A DNA stretch of 32,499 bases. Origin: Desulfovibrionaceae bacterium UBA930. GTDB taxonomy: Bacteria > Desulfobacterota > Desulfovibrionia > Desulfovibrionales > Desulfovibrionaceae. Of this stretch, positions 8,562 to 18,039 are shown piece by piece. Under the pieces are notes generated by a model. The model did not search any database and was not told where the DNA came from. It was given only the letters and a program-made list of their open reading frames with translations. The translations under genes and the position numbers were made by a program. How positions within the stretch are numbered: position 1 is the first letter of the stretch; every line of letters begins with the position of its first letter. Location: contig DBDO01000041.1 in assembly GCA_002293605.1 (NCBI GenBank), positions 1 through 32,499 on the forward strand, given 5' to 3'.

Positions 8562-9146
8562 ATGAAAATATTGAACCTGCCCAACCAGATTACCATAAGC
8601 CGCATTGCAATTGTGCCCGTGATCATCGGGCTCTTGATGCACCAGGGGCCGTGGGCCTGTTTTTTTGCAGGGCTGCTGTTCGCCGTGGCCGGATTTACCG
8701 ATTTGATAGATGGCTATCTGGCCCGCAGGGAAAACCAGATCACCAGCCTGGGGAAGTTTCTGGATCCGTTGGCGGACAAGCTGCTGATCAGCTCCATTTT
8801 GATCATGCTGGTCCAGAATGGCTGGGTTCCCGGCTGGGTGGCCATAGTCATCATCTGCCGGGACGTTATGGTGACCGGCCTTCGGGCCATCGCGGCGGAA
8901 GAGGGCGTTGTGATCGCCGCAGACCGGTACGGCAAGTTGAAAACGGTATTGCAGATTGTGGCTATTGAGCCGCTGATCCTTCATTACCCCCTGCTTGGCG
9001 TCCCCCTGCACGGCATCGGCATGTTTCTTCTTTACATTGCTCTGCTTCTCACGGTATTTTCAGGATGCAATTACTTCCTTAATTTTTACCGGGATTGGAA
9101 AAGGAAAGAAGGAGAAAAAAAGGACAGGGGAGGCAGCGGAACATGA
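8562..9146 (+). CDS. pgsA: CDP-diacylglycerol--glycerol-3-phosphate 3-phosphatidyltransferase
   Basis: NLPNQITISR; CDP-alcohol phosphotransferase motif TDLIDGYLAR...GKFLDPLADK; GKLKT. Confidence 0.95.
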   Translation: MKILNLPNQITISRIAIVPVIIGLLMHQGPWACFFAGLLFAVAGFTDLIDGYLARRENQITSLGKFLDPLADKLLISSILIMLVQNGWVPGWVAIVIICRDVMVTGLRAIAAEEGVVIAADRYGKLKTVLQIVAIEPLILHYPLLGVPLHGIGMFLLYIALLLTVFSGCNYFLNFYRDWKRKEGEKKDRGGSGT

Positions 9147-9412
9147 ACAGCGACTCTCGTACCTGCCGTCTGCGCAACTGCCTGATTACCATTCTTGAGC
9201 TGGAAGGCGCGCTGGAACAAACGCAATTAGGGGCGGCCCTGCAAAAGGAGTTTGTCGTACTTAAGGATGTGATGCTTCGTCTTGAAAAGCTCAGTATTGA
9301 CGAAAATGATGTTCAGCGCATTGAAATCGCGACAGGGCGTTTTCTTGAGGAACTCAAGGAAACTCTGGGAGGTCGCGTTTCTTCGGGGGCTGGCGCAAGG
9401 GTGTTGCAGTAG
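9143..9412 (+). CDS. Small helical hypothetical protein (89 aa)
   Basis: ATGA overlap with the pgsA stop, GGAGG RBS, fills the gap to the next gene exactly; no recognised motif. Confidence 0.75.
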   Translation: MNSDSRTCRLRNCLITILELEGALEQTQLGAALQKEFVVLKDVMLRLEKLSIDENDVQRIEIATGRFLEELKETLGGRVSSGAGARVLQ

Positions 9413-9415
9413 CCT

Positions 9416-9742
9416 ATGCTTGCGCGCCGCCTTGCGCTTGCCGCATCATTGTTTCTGAACCTGGTGCTGGTCTACGCCCTTGTCTGGGGGGAGGGCGGCA
9501 TCATGGCCTATAAGGAACTCCGTTTGCGCTGCGAAGCCCTGGAGGATCGCATCAGGCGGACCGGGGAGGGCAATTTGGAGATCAGCAAGGAAATACGGCT
9601 GCTGCAATCTGACGAAAAATATATTGAGAAGACCATCCGCAACCGCTTGAACTTCGTCCGGAATAACGAAATACTTTATATTTTCCCCGGAGAAAGCGAT
9701 GGCGACCCTTCAGGAGTTTTGCCGAATGAAACAAAAAATTGA
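9416..9742 (+). CDS. FtsB/DivIC septum-formation initiator family protein
   Basis: One N-terminal TM segment, WGEGG, coiled coil, YIEKTIRNRLNFVRNNEILY (FtsB-like C-terminal pattern). Confidence 0.85.
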   Translation: MLARRLALAASLFLNLVLVYALVWGEGGIMAYKELRLRCEALEDRIRRTGEGNLEISKEIRLLQSDEKYIEKTIRNRLNFVRNNEILYIFPGESDGDPSGVLPNETKN

Positions 9743-10604
9743 GTGGTACAGAGAGGTTCTGGAGCTTGAACCCGGCTCCAGGGTCTTTTTTCCGCTGGCA
9801 AAACTTCTGGCCTCTGACGGTCAGGCAGCCGAGGCTGTCAATACCTTGCACCAAGGCCTTTTGCGGCACCCGGATCATGTTGAAGCCCGCCTTTTGCTCG
9901 TTGAACTCCTGCACCTGCAAAACAATGAAGAAGGATTGCATAAAGAGATAGAAAGCCTCGGCGGTATATTTTCCCTGTACCCCGCCTTCTGGAAGGCCTG
10001 GAGCGAAATGCTCGCAGGCACCCCGGCCTTTCATGACGCAGCCCTGGCCATGCGCTTTTTTTCCGCGGCCCTGCAAGGAAAGGCCGTAAGCTGGGCTGCC
10101 ATTATCGAGCAGGGGCTTCAGTCCATGCTTGGCGAGGCAATCCCGCCCCTTTCCCCCACGGGTTTTGCTCCACATGCCAGGCCTCCTGCCGGGGAGCCCC
10201 TGAGCTTTACGAACTCTCCCGCAAGCGATACGGTGATCATAGAGGAAAAAGAGTCCCCTGGGGCTGCCTTTGAAAAAGAAGGGCTTGCTCACGATTCGGC
10301 TGAAGACGAAGATTCAGAAGAAGCTTTTTCCCTGCGCACCCGCTCCATGGCGGAAGTCCTGGCGGAACAGGGGGATATTTCCGGGGCTCTTGATATCTAC
10401 CATGAACTGGTGCAAAATGTCTCTGATGAAGAAAAAAACTCCCTTGAAGCAAGAATTGGAGAGCTTGAAACCCGCATGAAACTCTCAGCCGCTGTTGCGG
10501 ACAAAGCGGAAGATAAAGCGACCGCTTCAGGTAGCGGAGAAAGCAACCGTCTCGTCAGTTTGTTGGAATCCTTGGCTCAACGCCTGGAAGACAGGGCTCG
10601 CTGA
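9726..10604 (+). CDS. Tetratricopeptide-repeat protein with acidic linker
   Basis: TPR-like helices (LELEPGS..FFPLAKLL; LLRHPDHVEARLLL; MAEVLAEQGDISGALDIY); AGGAG RBS before ATG 9726. Confidence 0.8.
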   Translation: MKQKIEWYREVLELEPGSRVFFPLAKLLASDGQAAEAVNTLHQGLLRHPDHVEARLLLVELLHLQNNEEGLHKEIESLGGIFSLYPAFWKAWSEMLAGTPAFHDAALAMRFFSAALQGKAVSWAAIIEQGLQSMLGEAIPPLSPTGFAPHARPPAGEPLSFTNSPASDTVIIEEKESPGAAFEKEGLAHDSAEDEDSEEAFSLRTRSMAEVLAEQGDISGALDIYHELVQNVSDEEKNSLEARIGELETRMKLSAAVADKAEDKATASGSGESNRLVSLLESLAQRLEDRAR

Positions 10605-10638
10605 AATATTCACTTTTACTTGTTGCAGGAGCAATCCC

Positions 10639-11643
10639 GTGCACCGTTCTTTTTTTATTGCGCTTGCCGCTGTAGCCCTTGTATGCAGCGCCTGCGGCCA
10701 GAGTCAGATGGTCAAAGATTCCTGGAAGTTTACCAAGCGGCAGTATTCCAACTATCTGAACACGCCCGCAGAGCTTGACATGGACGATCAAGGCAGTTGC
10801 GAAGCTTACGAACTTGCCCTTGGCGAGGCAGTGCACACGATCGATACCGAATTGCAGCGCCTTGTCAGAGCCATGGAAAACAGCGATCACAACCCGGATC
10901 AGGCTTGGGTCATGAGTATGGTAGGGCGTTTTCCCTGGCTTTCCGGGGTTGCCCTGGTGGATAAGAACGGGGCCCTGGTCGCGCAGTATCCCGAACATTT
11001 TGCCAAGGTCTTTGATGTGACCCCGCTGCTTGAGCCCGACCCCAAGCAGCGTCCCGGCGATCTGCGCGCTTACGCCCAGATAACGGACGCCGGTCCGGAA
11101 GTGTACATCGCAAACCCGGTGTACGGTGCCGGGGCGGAAAGCTTGCGCGGTCTCATCGTCTGCCATTTCGATCCCCGCATGCTGGCCACCATGACCCATG
11201 ACCCCGGCGCTTTTGCCCTGGCCTCTCCTGCCGGGCTGCTCTGGCCGGGGCGCTATGGCGCAGGCTCGATCCTTGCGACCCAGGACTGGGCGGAAAGCTT
11301 GCGTAAAAAATCTTACGGAACCATAGGGGACAGCAATAGCGGTTTTTTCTGGACAACCCGCTATATTGGCAATTTTCCCATTGTATACGCCTTGTCCCTT
11401 AACGCCGTACCCAGTTCCCTTGCTGCGGAGGGCGCGCCTGTTGTTGAAAAAAGCGCGTTGCGCGCAGCAGAGCAAGAGAGCAGCGCGGACAAAGCACCGG
11501 GCGCACAGGCTCCTGCAATCCGGCAAGAAGCTGGCGCACTGGAACAGGCAGGAGGACGGACGGGCGCGATACCTGAAGCGGATCTCGCACCAAGGCCTGA
11601 AACTCCTGCGCCGGAAGCCCCGCCCCGCACCGAGCCGCAATAG
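10639..11643 (+). CDS. Lipoprotein with Cache/PDC-like domain and Ala/Pro/Glu-rich tail
   Basis: GTG 10639 with AGGAG RBS; lipobox-like ALVCSA-C; Cache-like segments (VALVDKNGALV; VYIANPVY..LRGLIVCHFD). The domain call is inference. Confidence 0.7.
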   Translation: MHRSFFIALAAVALVCSACGQSQMVKDSWKFTKRQYSNYLNTPAELDMDDQGSCEAYELALGEAVHTIDTELQRLVRAMENSDHNPDQAWVMSMVGRFPWLSGVALVDKNGALVAQYPEHFAKVFDVTPLLEPDPKQRPGDLRAYAQITDAGPEVYIANPVYGAGAESLRGLIVCHFDPRMLATMTHDPGAFALASPAGLLWPGRYGAGSILATQDWAESLRKKSYGTIGDSNSGFFWTTRYIGNFPIVYALSLNAVPSSLAAEGAPVVEKSALRAAEQESSADKAPGAQAPAIRQEAGALEQAGGRTGAIPEADLAPRPETPAPEAPPRTEPQ

Positions 11644-11730
11644 CAGCGTTGATAGAGGCCTAGTTCGTTGTTTTTCCCGCCAGGGGTTGAAATCCCCTGG
11701 ACCCGCTCTTTTTACCCCGCGAGGTCGCCC

Positions 11731-12768
11731 ATGTCGTCAGCATCCGCAGCGCCCGCCTACCAGGGGCGGCAGATTACAGTCACGGAACATCTGCTCCTGC
11801 ACCAGAAGCAGTCTCCCGCAGCCACCGGCATATTCACCCGTCTTTTATACGATCTTATTCTCGCAGCAAAACTTATCGCCAGAAGCGTAAACAAGGCTGG
11901 TTTGCTGGATGTGCTCGGCGGGACAGGCGAAGTGAACGTGCAGGGAGAAAACGTTCAAAAGCTTGATGAATACGCCAACAGAATCCTCATTCACCGTATG
12001 CAGCGCAGCGGAGCCCTTTGCTGCATGGCTTCGGAGGAGAATGCGGATATAATCCCCATTCCCGAGCGTTTCAGCAAGGGTGATTATATCCTGATTTTCG
12101 ACCCCCTGGACGGTTCGTCCAATATCGATGTAAACATCAACGTAGGCACTATTTTTTCGATTCTGCGGCGCAACTCTCCGGCAGAGCAGGATGTTGTGGC
12201 AGACGATGTGCTCCAGCCAGGGTACAAACAGGTTGCAGCAGGCTATGTGCTGTACGGCCCCTCCACCATGCTTGTGTATACCACAGGACAGGGGGTACAT
12301 GCCTTCACCCTTGACCCGAGTGTGGGCGAATTCCTGCTCTCGCACGCGGATTTGCGTATCCCGGAACAGGGGAAAATCTATTCGGTGAACGAGGGCAACA
12401 CGAGCTTCTGGGATGAGGCCACGGCCCTGACCGTTGCCAACTTTAAAGGCAAGGCCAACCCCAGGGGAAAGCCCTACACGCACAGGTATGTGGGCTCTCT
12501 GGTCGCTGACTTTCACCGGACCCTTTTTTACGGCGGTATTTTTATGTATCCGCTGGATTATAAAAATCCCGAGCATCCCAAGGGCAAACTACGCCTGATG
12601 TGCGAAGCCGCGCCCATGGCCTTTCTGGCCGAGCAGGCGGGCGGACTGGCCACGGACGGCACGCGGCGCATTCTGGATATCGTGCCGGAAAGTCTGCATG
12701 TCCGCGTGCCTCTTTATATAGGATCGCGCAAGGACGTGGAGCATGTCATGGGCCGCTTGCGGCAGTAG
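11731..12768 (+). CDS. fbp: Fructose-1,6-bisphosphatase class 1
   Basis: [49 protein letters not shown]. Confidence 0.96.
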   Translation: MSSASAAPAYQGRQITVTEHLLLHQKQSPAATGIFTRLLYDLILAAKLIARSVNKAGLLDVLGGTGEVNVQGENVQKLDEYANRILIHRMQRSGALCCMASEENADIIPIPERFSKGDYILIFDPLDGSSNIDVNINVGTIFSILRRNSPAEQDVVADDVLQPGYKQVAAGYVLYGPSTMLVYTTGQGVHAFTLDPSVGEFLLSHADLRIPEQGKIYSVNEGNTSFWDEATALTVANFKGKANPRGKPYTHRYVGSLVADFHRTLFYGGIFMYPLDYKNPEHPKGKLRLMCEAAPMAFLAEQAGGLATDGTRRILDIVPESLHVRVPLYIGSRKDVEHVMGRLRQ

Positions 12769-12826
12769 TGCATGCGATGCTTTCCTTTTACATGGTCTCA
12801 TTACTTACGGAATATATGTTTATTAC

Positions 12827-13918
12827 ATGTTGTGCCTTGGTATAGAAAGCTCATGCGATGATACTGCTCTTGCCCTTGTTGACAAGGGCAGACTCATCGC
12901 CCGAATCGATGCGAGCCAGGCCGATATGCATGCGCTTTTCGGGGGGGTCGTTCCGGAAATGGCCTCTCGCGAACATGCCCGGCTTATCGGCCCTTTGTGT
13001 GACGCCCTGTTTATGCAGGCAAAGACAGTGCCGGAAGCTGTCAATGTAGTTGCCGTGTCCCGCGGGCCGGGGCTTTTGGGAAGCCTGCTGGTGGGAGTTG
13101 CCTTTGCCAAGGCTTTTGCCTTGGGTACGGGCGCGCATTTTCTGGGTGTCAATCACCTGCATGCCCATATTTTCGCAGCAGGGCTGGAGCAGGAGCTGAC
13201 TTTTCCCGCCCTGGCCCTGCTTGTTTCCGGAGGGCATACGCACCTGTACCGGGTTACGGGGCCTGACGCGCTGGAGCCTCTTGGCAAAACCCTGGATGAT
13301 GCAGCCGGAGAAGCCTTTGACAAGGCCGGAAAAATGCTCGGCCTGCCGTATCCCGCAGGCCGACATATCGATATGCTGGCCAATGAAGGCAGTCCCTCCC
13401 CCCGGCTTTTTCCCCGGCCCTATTGTGATAACGAGACGCTCGACTTCAGCTTCAGCGGTCTGAAAACTGCAATGGCGACCTATCTTGCGGCCCACACGCT
13501 CCCAGGTCGCAGTTGGGATGTACGGAGCGGAGAGCTGTTGCTGCCTGAAGGAGAAGCCCGCGCGGCCCTGGCTGATCTTTGTGCCTCCTACCGGCTTGCG
13601 CTTGTTGAAACCTTGCTGTGTAAAGTGCGCAAGGCTCTGGCCCGCCAGGAAAGAGGGGGCTTCAGATCGCTCATCCTCGCAGGGGGAGTGGCCGCCAATT
13701 CACTGCTGCGAAAAACAATGGCGCATGCAGCGGAAGAAGCCGGGCTGCGCTTTACAGCCCCTTCCTTTTCCCTTTGCACGGATAATGGTGCCATGACAGC
13801 CTATCTCGGCTGGCTTCTGGCATCTTCCGGATACCGGCATGCGCTTGACATGGAAGCGGTGCCCCGGGGCAGACGCATTCCTGACGATATGTTTTGCAAA
13901 GCGTCCCATGGATGGTAA
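12827..13918 (+). CDS. tsaD: tRNA N6-threonylcarbamoyladenosine synthase TsaD
   Basis: LGIESSCDDT, GGVVPE.ASR.H, GPGLLGSL, NHLHAH, LLVSGGHT, DDAAGEAFDK, FSFSGLKT, GGVAAN, CTDNGAM. Confidence 0.96.
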   Translation: MLCLGIESSCDDTALALVDKGRLIARIDASQADMHALFGGVVPEMASREHARLIGPLCDALFMQAKTVPEAVNVVAVSRGPGLLGSLLVGVAFAKAFALGTGAHFLGVNHLHAHIFAAGLEQELTFPALALLVSGGHTHLYRVTGPDALEPLGKTLDDAAGEAFDKAGKMLGLPYPAGRHIDMLANEGSPSPRLFPRPYCDNETLDFSFSGLKTAMATYLAAHTLPGRSWDVRSGELLLPEGEARAALADLCASYRLALVETLLCKVRKALARQERGGFRSLILAGGVAANSLLRKTMAHAAEEAGLRFTAPSFSLCTDNGAMTAYLGWLLASSGYRHALDMEAVPRGRRIPDDMFCKASHGW

Positions 13919-13924
13919 AGAAGC

Positions 13925-13953
13925 TTGACAGCGCCTCGGGCGCACACTATTTT
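13925..13953 (+). promoter_or_regulatory. sigma70 promoter for trxA-trxB-bamD
   Basis: Perfect TTGACA (13925-13930), 17 nt, TATTTT (13948-13953). Confidence 0.65.
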
Positions 13954-13991
13954 CATTGAAAAATATGGCGGCGAATATAAGGAGATTTTTT

Positions 13992-14315
13992 ATGGCCAAT
14001 GCGGTGACTGACGGTGATTTTGACTCCCTTGTTTTGCGTTCCTCCATTCCGGTGCTTGTGGATTTCTGGGCGCCCTGGTGCGGTCCGTGCCGTGCGCTCG
14101 GTCCTGTTATCGATGAACTGAGCGGGGAATACGAAGGTAAAGTCTCCATAGTCAAAATGAATGTCGATGAAAACCCCTCCACGCCTGGTAAATACGCCAT
14201 TCGGGCGATTCCCACGATGATCCTGTTCAAAAACGGGCAGGTTGTGGAGCAGATGACAGGCGCACTTTCCAAAGGCAGTCTCAAAGACATTCTGGACAAG
14301 AAGGCTCTTGCGTAA
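13992..14315 (+). CDS. trxA: Thioredoxin
   Basis: VLVDFWAPWCGPC, IPT; AAGGAG RBS before ATG 13992. Confidence 0.97.
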   Translation: MANAVTDGDFDSLVLRSSIPVLVDFWAPWCGPCRALGPVIDELSGEYEGKVSIVKMNVDENPSTPGKYAIRAIPTMILFKNGQVVEQMTGALSKGSLKDILDKKALA

Positions 14316-15241
14316 TGAAGCACTATGATGCGCTGGTTATAGGGGCAGGTCCTGCCGGGGTCGCCGCCGCCTTGTATCTCGCACGCTTTGGCATGCGCCT
14401 TGCCATGGCGGAAAAGCTGGCTCCGGGCGGCCTGCTTCTGCAAACCTTTGAAATTGAAAACTACCCTGGCTTTCCTCAGGGAGTGAAGGGCTACGAACTG
14501 GCGGACTCCCTGGCCGCACATCTTGAGCCGTATGACAATATCACGCGCATTCATGACGAAATTACCGAATTTATAGTAGAAGGGGACAGCAAACGCCTTC
14601 TTGCGGGCGGGGAATGGATTTCCGCCTCTGCGGTGATTATCGCCTCAGGCGTGCAGTACCGTAAGTTGGGTTTGCCCAATGAGGAAAAACTGCTGGGCAG
14701 GGGGATTTCACATTGCGCTCTTTGCGATGGCAATTTTTTTAAAGATCAGCCTGTTGCCGTTGTGGGCGGGGGGAATTCCGCAGTGGAGGAAACGCTGCAT
14801 CTGGCGAAAATAGTCTCCCATGTGCACCTGATTCACCGGCGGGACGAATTTCGCGCCGCTCCGCTCTATCTTTCACGGCTCAAGGCTCTGCCCAACGTGA
14901 GCTTGCGGAGCAGCACGGTTATTACAAGCCTGCACGGTGAGCAGCAGCTTGAAGGTCTTACACTTAAAGATCTTCACAAGGGTACGGAAGAATTTCTTTC
15001 CCTGAACGGATTATTTATTTTCGTTGGCTTTGAGCCCGCAGCCCCCGTGTTACCGCCGGATTTAAAGCGGGATCGGGGCGGCTTTATTGAAACCGATACG
15101 GAAATGCGTACAAATTTGCCCGGCGTCTTTGCAGCCGGAGATATTCGCTCCAAGCTGTGCCGTCAGGTCGTCACGGCCGTTGGAGATGGAGCCACCGCAG
15201 CGAACTCTGCGTATACCTATCTGGAACAACAGCATGGCTAA
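14315..15241 (+). CDS. trxB: Thioredoxin-disulfide reductase
   Basis: GAGPAG, IENYPGF, CALCDG redox centre, GGGNSA, HRRD, GVFAAGD; TAATG coupling with trxA. Confidence 0.96.
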   Translation: MKHYDALVIGAGPAGVAAALYLARFGMRLAMAEKLAPGGLLLQTFEIENYPGFPQGVKGYELADSLAAHLEPYDNITRIHDEITEFIVEGDSKRLLAGGEWISASAVIIASGVQYRKLGLPNEEKLLGRGISHCALCDGNFFKDQPVAVVGGGNSAVEETLHLAKIVSHVHLIHRRDEFRAAPLYLSRLKALPNVSLRSSTVITSLHGEQQLEGLTLKDLHKGTEEFLSLNGLFIFVGFEPAAPVLPPDLKRDRGGFIETDTEMRTNLPGVFAAGDIRSKLCRQVVTAVGDGATAANSAYTYLEQQHG

Positions 15242-15965
15242 ATCATTCCTGCGTTTTTTAGCGGTTCCTCTTCTGGCTGTGCTGCTTTCCGGTTGCGGCA
15301 TTATCGACTATTTCTACCTGCCGCCTCCGGAAGACACGGCCCAGGAGCTGTTTGAGGCGGGCAACGATGCCATGCGGGAAAAAGACTACGTTTCCGCAAG
15401 CGGGTACTTCACCAAGCTCAAAGACAATTTTCCCTTCAGTCCCTATGCCATTGAAGCGGAGCTGTCTCTCGCCGACTGCTATTTTCTGGATGAAGACTGG
15501 GGGGCCGCAGCCGATTCCTACAAGGAGTTTGAAAGCCTGCACCCCCGCCATCAGGCCATGCCCTACGTTCTTTTCAATATCGGCATGGCCAACATGAATG
15601 GCTACCCCTCCATTGATCGCCCGGCAACGCAGATTGAAGAGGCCTATTCCTACTTCCAGCGTTTGCGCGAAAGCTACCCGACTACGGAGTACGCCCCTGT
15701 GGCGGCTGAAAAAATGGCCGAATGCCGTAAACTTCTTGCCGAGCACGAACTGTTTTTTGCAGACTTTTATTTTCGTATGGAGCGTTACGCTTCCGCATTG
15801 ACCCGCTACAATACTATTCTTCAAGGATATTCCGATGTTACGGATATCTATGCGCATGCGCAGGTCAAGTCGAAAGCGGCCTTTATCAAAGACCGGGAAC
15901 AGCGGGCAGAAGCGATTCGCTTGAAAAGGGAAGGCTCGTGGAGAGACTGGTTTGACTGGTTGTAG
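15234..15965 (+). CDS. bamD: Outer membrane protein assembly lipoprotein BamD
   Basis: Lipobox [41 protein letters not shown] pattern. Confidence 0.9.
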   Translation: MAKSFLRFLAVPLLAVLLSGCGIIDYFYLPPPEDTAQELFEAGNDAMREKDYVSASGYFTKLKDNFPFSPYAIEAELSLADCYFLDEDWGAAADSYKEFESLHPRHQAMPYVLFNIGMANMNGYPSIDRPATQIEEAYSYFQRLRESYPTTEYAPVAAEKMAECRKLLAEHELFFADFYFRMERYASALTRYNTILQGYSDVTDIYAHAQVKSKAAFIKDREQRAEAIRLKREGSWRDWFDWL

Positions 15966-15978
15966 TGAGGTTACACTC

Positions 15979-17442
15979 GTGACGTCAGCATCGCAAACAC
16001 AGGCAAACAGTTGTAGCCCCGGCGATGTCCTCGACTACCTCGTTGTAACGGATCTTACGGTTGAGGGCAGAGGGCTTGCGCGCCATAACGGCATGGTGGT
16101 CTTTTTAGATCGCGGGCTACCGGGGGCTCATGTCTCTGCTCGCGTTGTTCAGGTAAAAAAACGCGTTATTGAAGCGGTAGTGCTTGAAGTTTTTCAGCAT
16201 TCCCCCCATGTTCGTCCTTTATGGTGTCCGCATGCCGAAGAGTGCGGTGCCTGCCTTTGGCAGCATTGCTCCCGTGAGTTTGAGCTGGAATGGAAGCGCA
16301 AACGCATAGAGGAATCGTTTTTTCGTATCGGAAAACTCTCTGATATTGAAATATCTGCGGTACAGCCCTCACCTAAGGAACGGGAATACCGCAACAAGAT
16401 GGCCTATGCCTTTACAAAGGCCCCGGAGGGGGGCGGCCTTCTGCTCGGCCTGCGAAAGCGCAAGGAGCATACTGTTGTAGAAGTGACAGAGTGCGGTATG
16501 CAGCCCGCACCGGCCATGGATATTCTCAAACATGTGCGCCGGGCCGCAAAAAGGCTGGGCCTTGCCGCCTGGACCCCTTCTGCCCAGGGAGTCCCCACAG
16601 GGTACTTGCGCTTTTTGGTGATTCATACACCGGAATATGCCCCGGCAGGGCAGCAGCAGTTTTTCGTGGAATGCATCACCGGGGCCAATCATGATGAGCC
16701 TGTGAGCGCATACGCCGAACATTCAGAAAAAAAAGAGTTCCTCAGCCAGACCGAGGCGGTGCGCCTGCTCGGTGAGGAGCTGATTCGCGCCTTCAAGCTC
16801 ACGGGCTTTGCGCACTTGGAACGCAAGCAGCACAGTAATGTGGCACAAGGGGAGCGCCTGATCCGTCAGATCGGGGCCTCAAGCTATGAAGAGCGCTTTG
16901 GGGAGCTTGTGCTGACAGTGCCGCATAACGTGTTTTTGCAAACCAATACGGGTGCGGCAAGCCTTCTTTACAACCTCATTGCTCGTGAAGCCCGGCTTGA
17001 CGGCAGCCAGATAGTCTGGGACATCTATTCGGGAATCGGCAGCATCGCGCTCTACCTCGCACCGCAGGCCCGCGAGGTCTACTGCCTGGAAATTCAGGCC
17101 GATGCGGTGATTGCCGCGCAAAATAACAGCGAACGACTGGGCTTTGCCAATTGTTTTTTTTACCAGGGCGTACTGACGCCCGAACGTACCAAATCCGTGC
17201 CCAAGGCTGATGTGATCATCCTTGATCCTCCCCGTGCGGGCCTTGACAATTCGGCCCTTGAGGCTTTGCGCCAGACCACGGCCGACCGCATCCTCTATGT
17301 TTCATGCGATGCAGGCACCCAGGCCCGGGATCTGGCCGAACTTGCCCGGCATTGGAAGCCCATACGTTGCCTTCCTGTTGATATGTTCCCCAATACGCCG
17401 CATGTAGAAAGCCTTGTGGTGCTGGAACCCGCCAAACGCTGA
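15979..17442 (+). CDS. rlmD: 23S rRNA m5U methyltransferase (RlmD/RumA family; TRAM domain and 4Fe-4S)
   Basis: CPHAEECGAC, YRNK, FLQTN, DIYSGIG, LDPPRAG, YVSC, DMFPNTPHVE. GTG 15979 has a GAGG RBS; the start is uncertain. Confidence 0.9.
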   Translation: MTSASQTQANSCSPGDVLDYLVVTDLTVEGRGLARHNGMVVFLDRGLPGAHVSARVVQVKKRVIEAVVLEVFQHSPHVRPLWCPHAEECGACLWQHCSREFELEWKRKRIEESFFRIGKLSDIEISAVQPSPKEREYRNKMAYAFTKAPEGGGLLLGLRKRKEHTVVEVTECGMQPAPAMDILKHVRRAAKRLGLAAWTPSAQGVPTGYLRFLVIHTPEYAPAGQQQFFVECITGANHDEPVSAYAEHSEKKEFLSQTEAVRLLGEELIRAFKLTGFAHLERKQHSNVAQGERLIRQIGASSYEERFGELVLTVPHNVFLQTNTGAASLLYNLIAREARLDGSQIVWDIYSGIGSIALYLAPQAREVYCLEIQADAVIAAQNNSERLGFANCFFYQGVLTPERTKSVPKADVIILDPPRAGLDNSALEALRQTTADRILYVSCDAGTQARDLAELARHWKPIRCLPVDMFPNTPHVESLVVLEPAKR

Positions 17443-17484
17443 ACTTCTCATTGCCATACCCCCTGCTAAAAAGGAGCGCTCCCC

Positions 17485-17901
17485 GTGCTGTCTGATCTTT
17501 CCGCTTTTCTTGAGGGCTGGACTGACGACCCCTGCGCCGTAAAGCCCTTGTTTATGGCCATGCATGCCTTGCTCAACAGGCTGGACCGCGTCAGCCTCGA
17601 ATGGAAAAGCCGCCCCGGCATCAGCCATTCTTTGCGCGCCAGACACGAAGCACAAAAAAAACGTGAACTGTTCGTGCTTATTGATATTATTGACGATGAC
17701 CCGAAAGCGCGTTGGCTCTCGCTATGTTTTTATGCCGATATGACAGGCGACCCCGAAGAACAGGGGGATCTCGTACCCGGCGGACTGCTGGGAGAAGACG
17801 CGCGCTGCTTTGACATCGACTCCCCGACAGAAGACAGCACAGACTATGTCCTGCGGCGTCTGGAAGAGGCTGCTGCGACAGCGGGCAGCGATTCCAAATA
17901 G
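17485..17901 (+). CDS. Acidic hypothetical protein
   Basis: GTG start with AAGGAG RBS; 138 aa; fills the gap between rlmD and rpoN; no function recognised. Confidence 0.75.
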   Translation: MLSDLSAFLEGWTDDPCAVKPLFMAMHALLNRLDRVSLEWKSRPGISHSLRARHEAQKKRELFVLIDIIDDDPKARWLSLCFYADMTGDPEEQGDLVPGGLLGEDARCFDIDSPTEDSTDYVLRRLEEAAATAGSDSK

Positions 17902-18039
17902 GCACAGAGCTTGCATAACCTTGAGCGCTATGGCAGTATAAGGCCATGCTCCTGGGGGTAATACTTGCCGCCTGAGCGTGCCGGGCAGGTGATTTTTCCC
18001 TTGCCTTATGCCAAATATCACAAGCAGCAAGGACTACTC

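Noticed and set aside
17902-18039. sigma54 (-24/-12) promoters upstream of rpoN, nifU, pcm or the kinase
   Set aside because: The TGGC candidates I inspected lack the required GG-N10-GC spacing.
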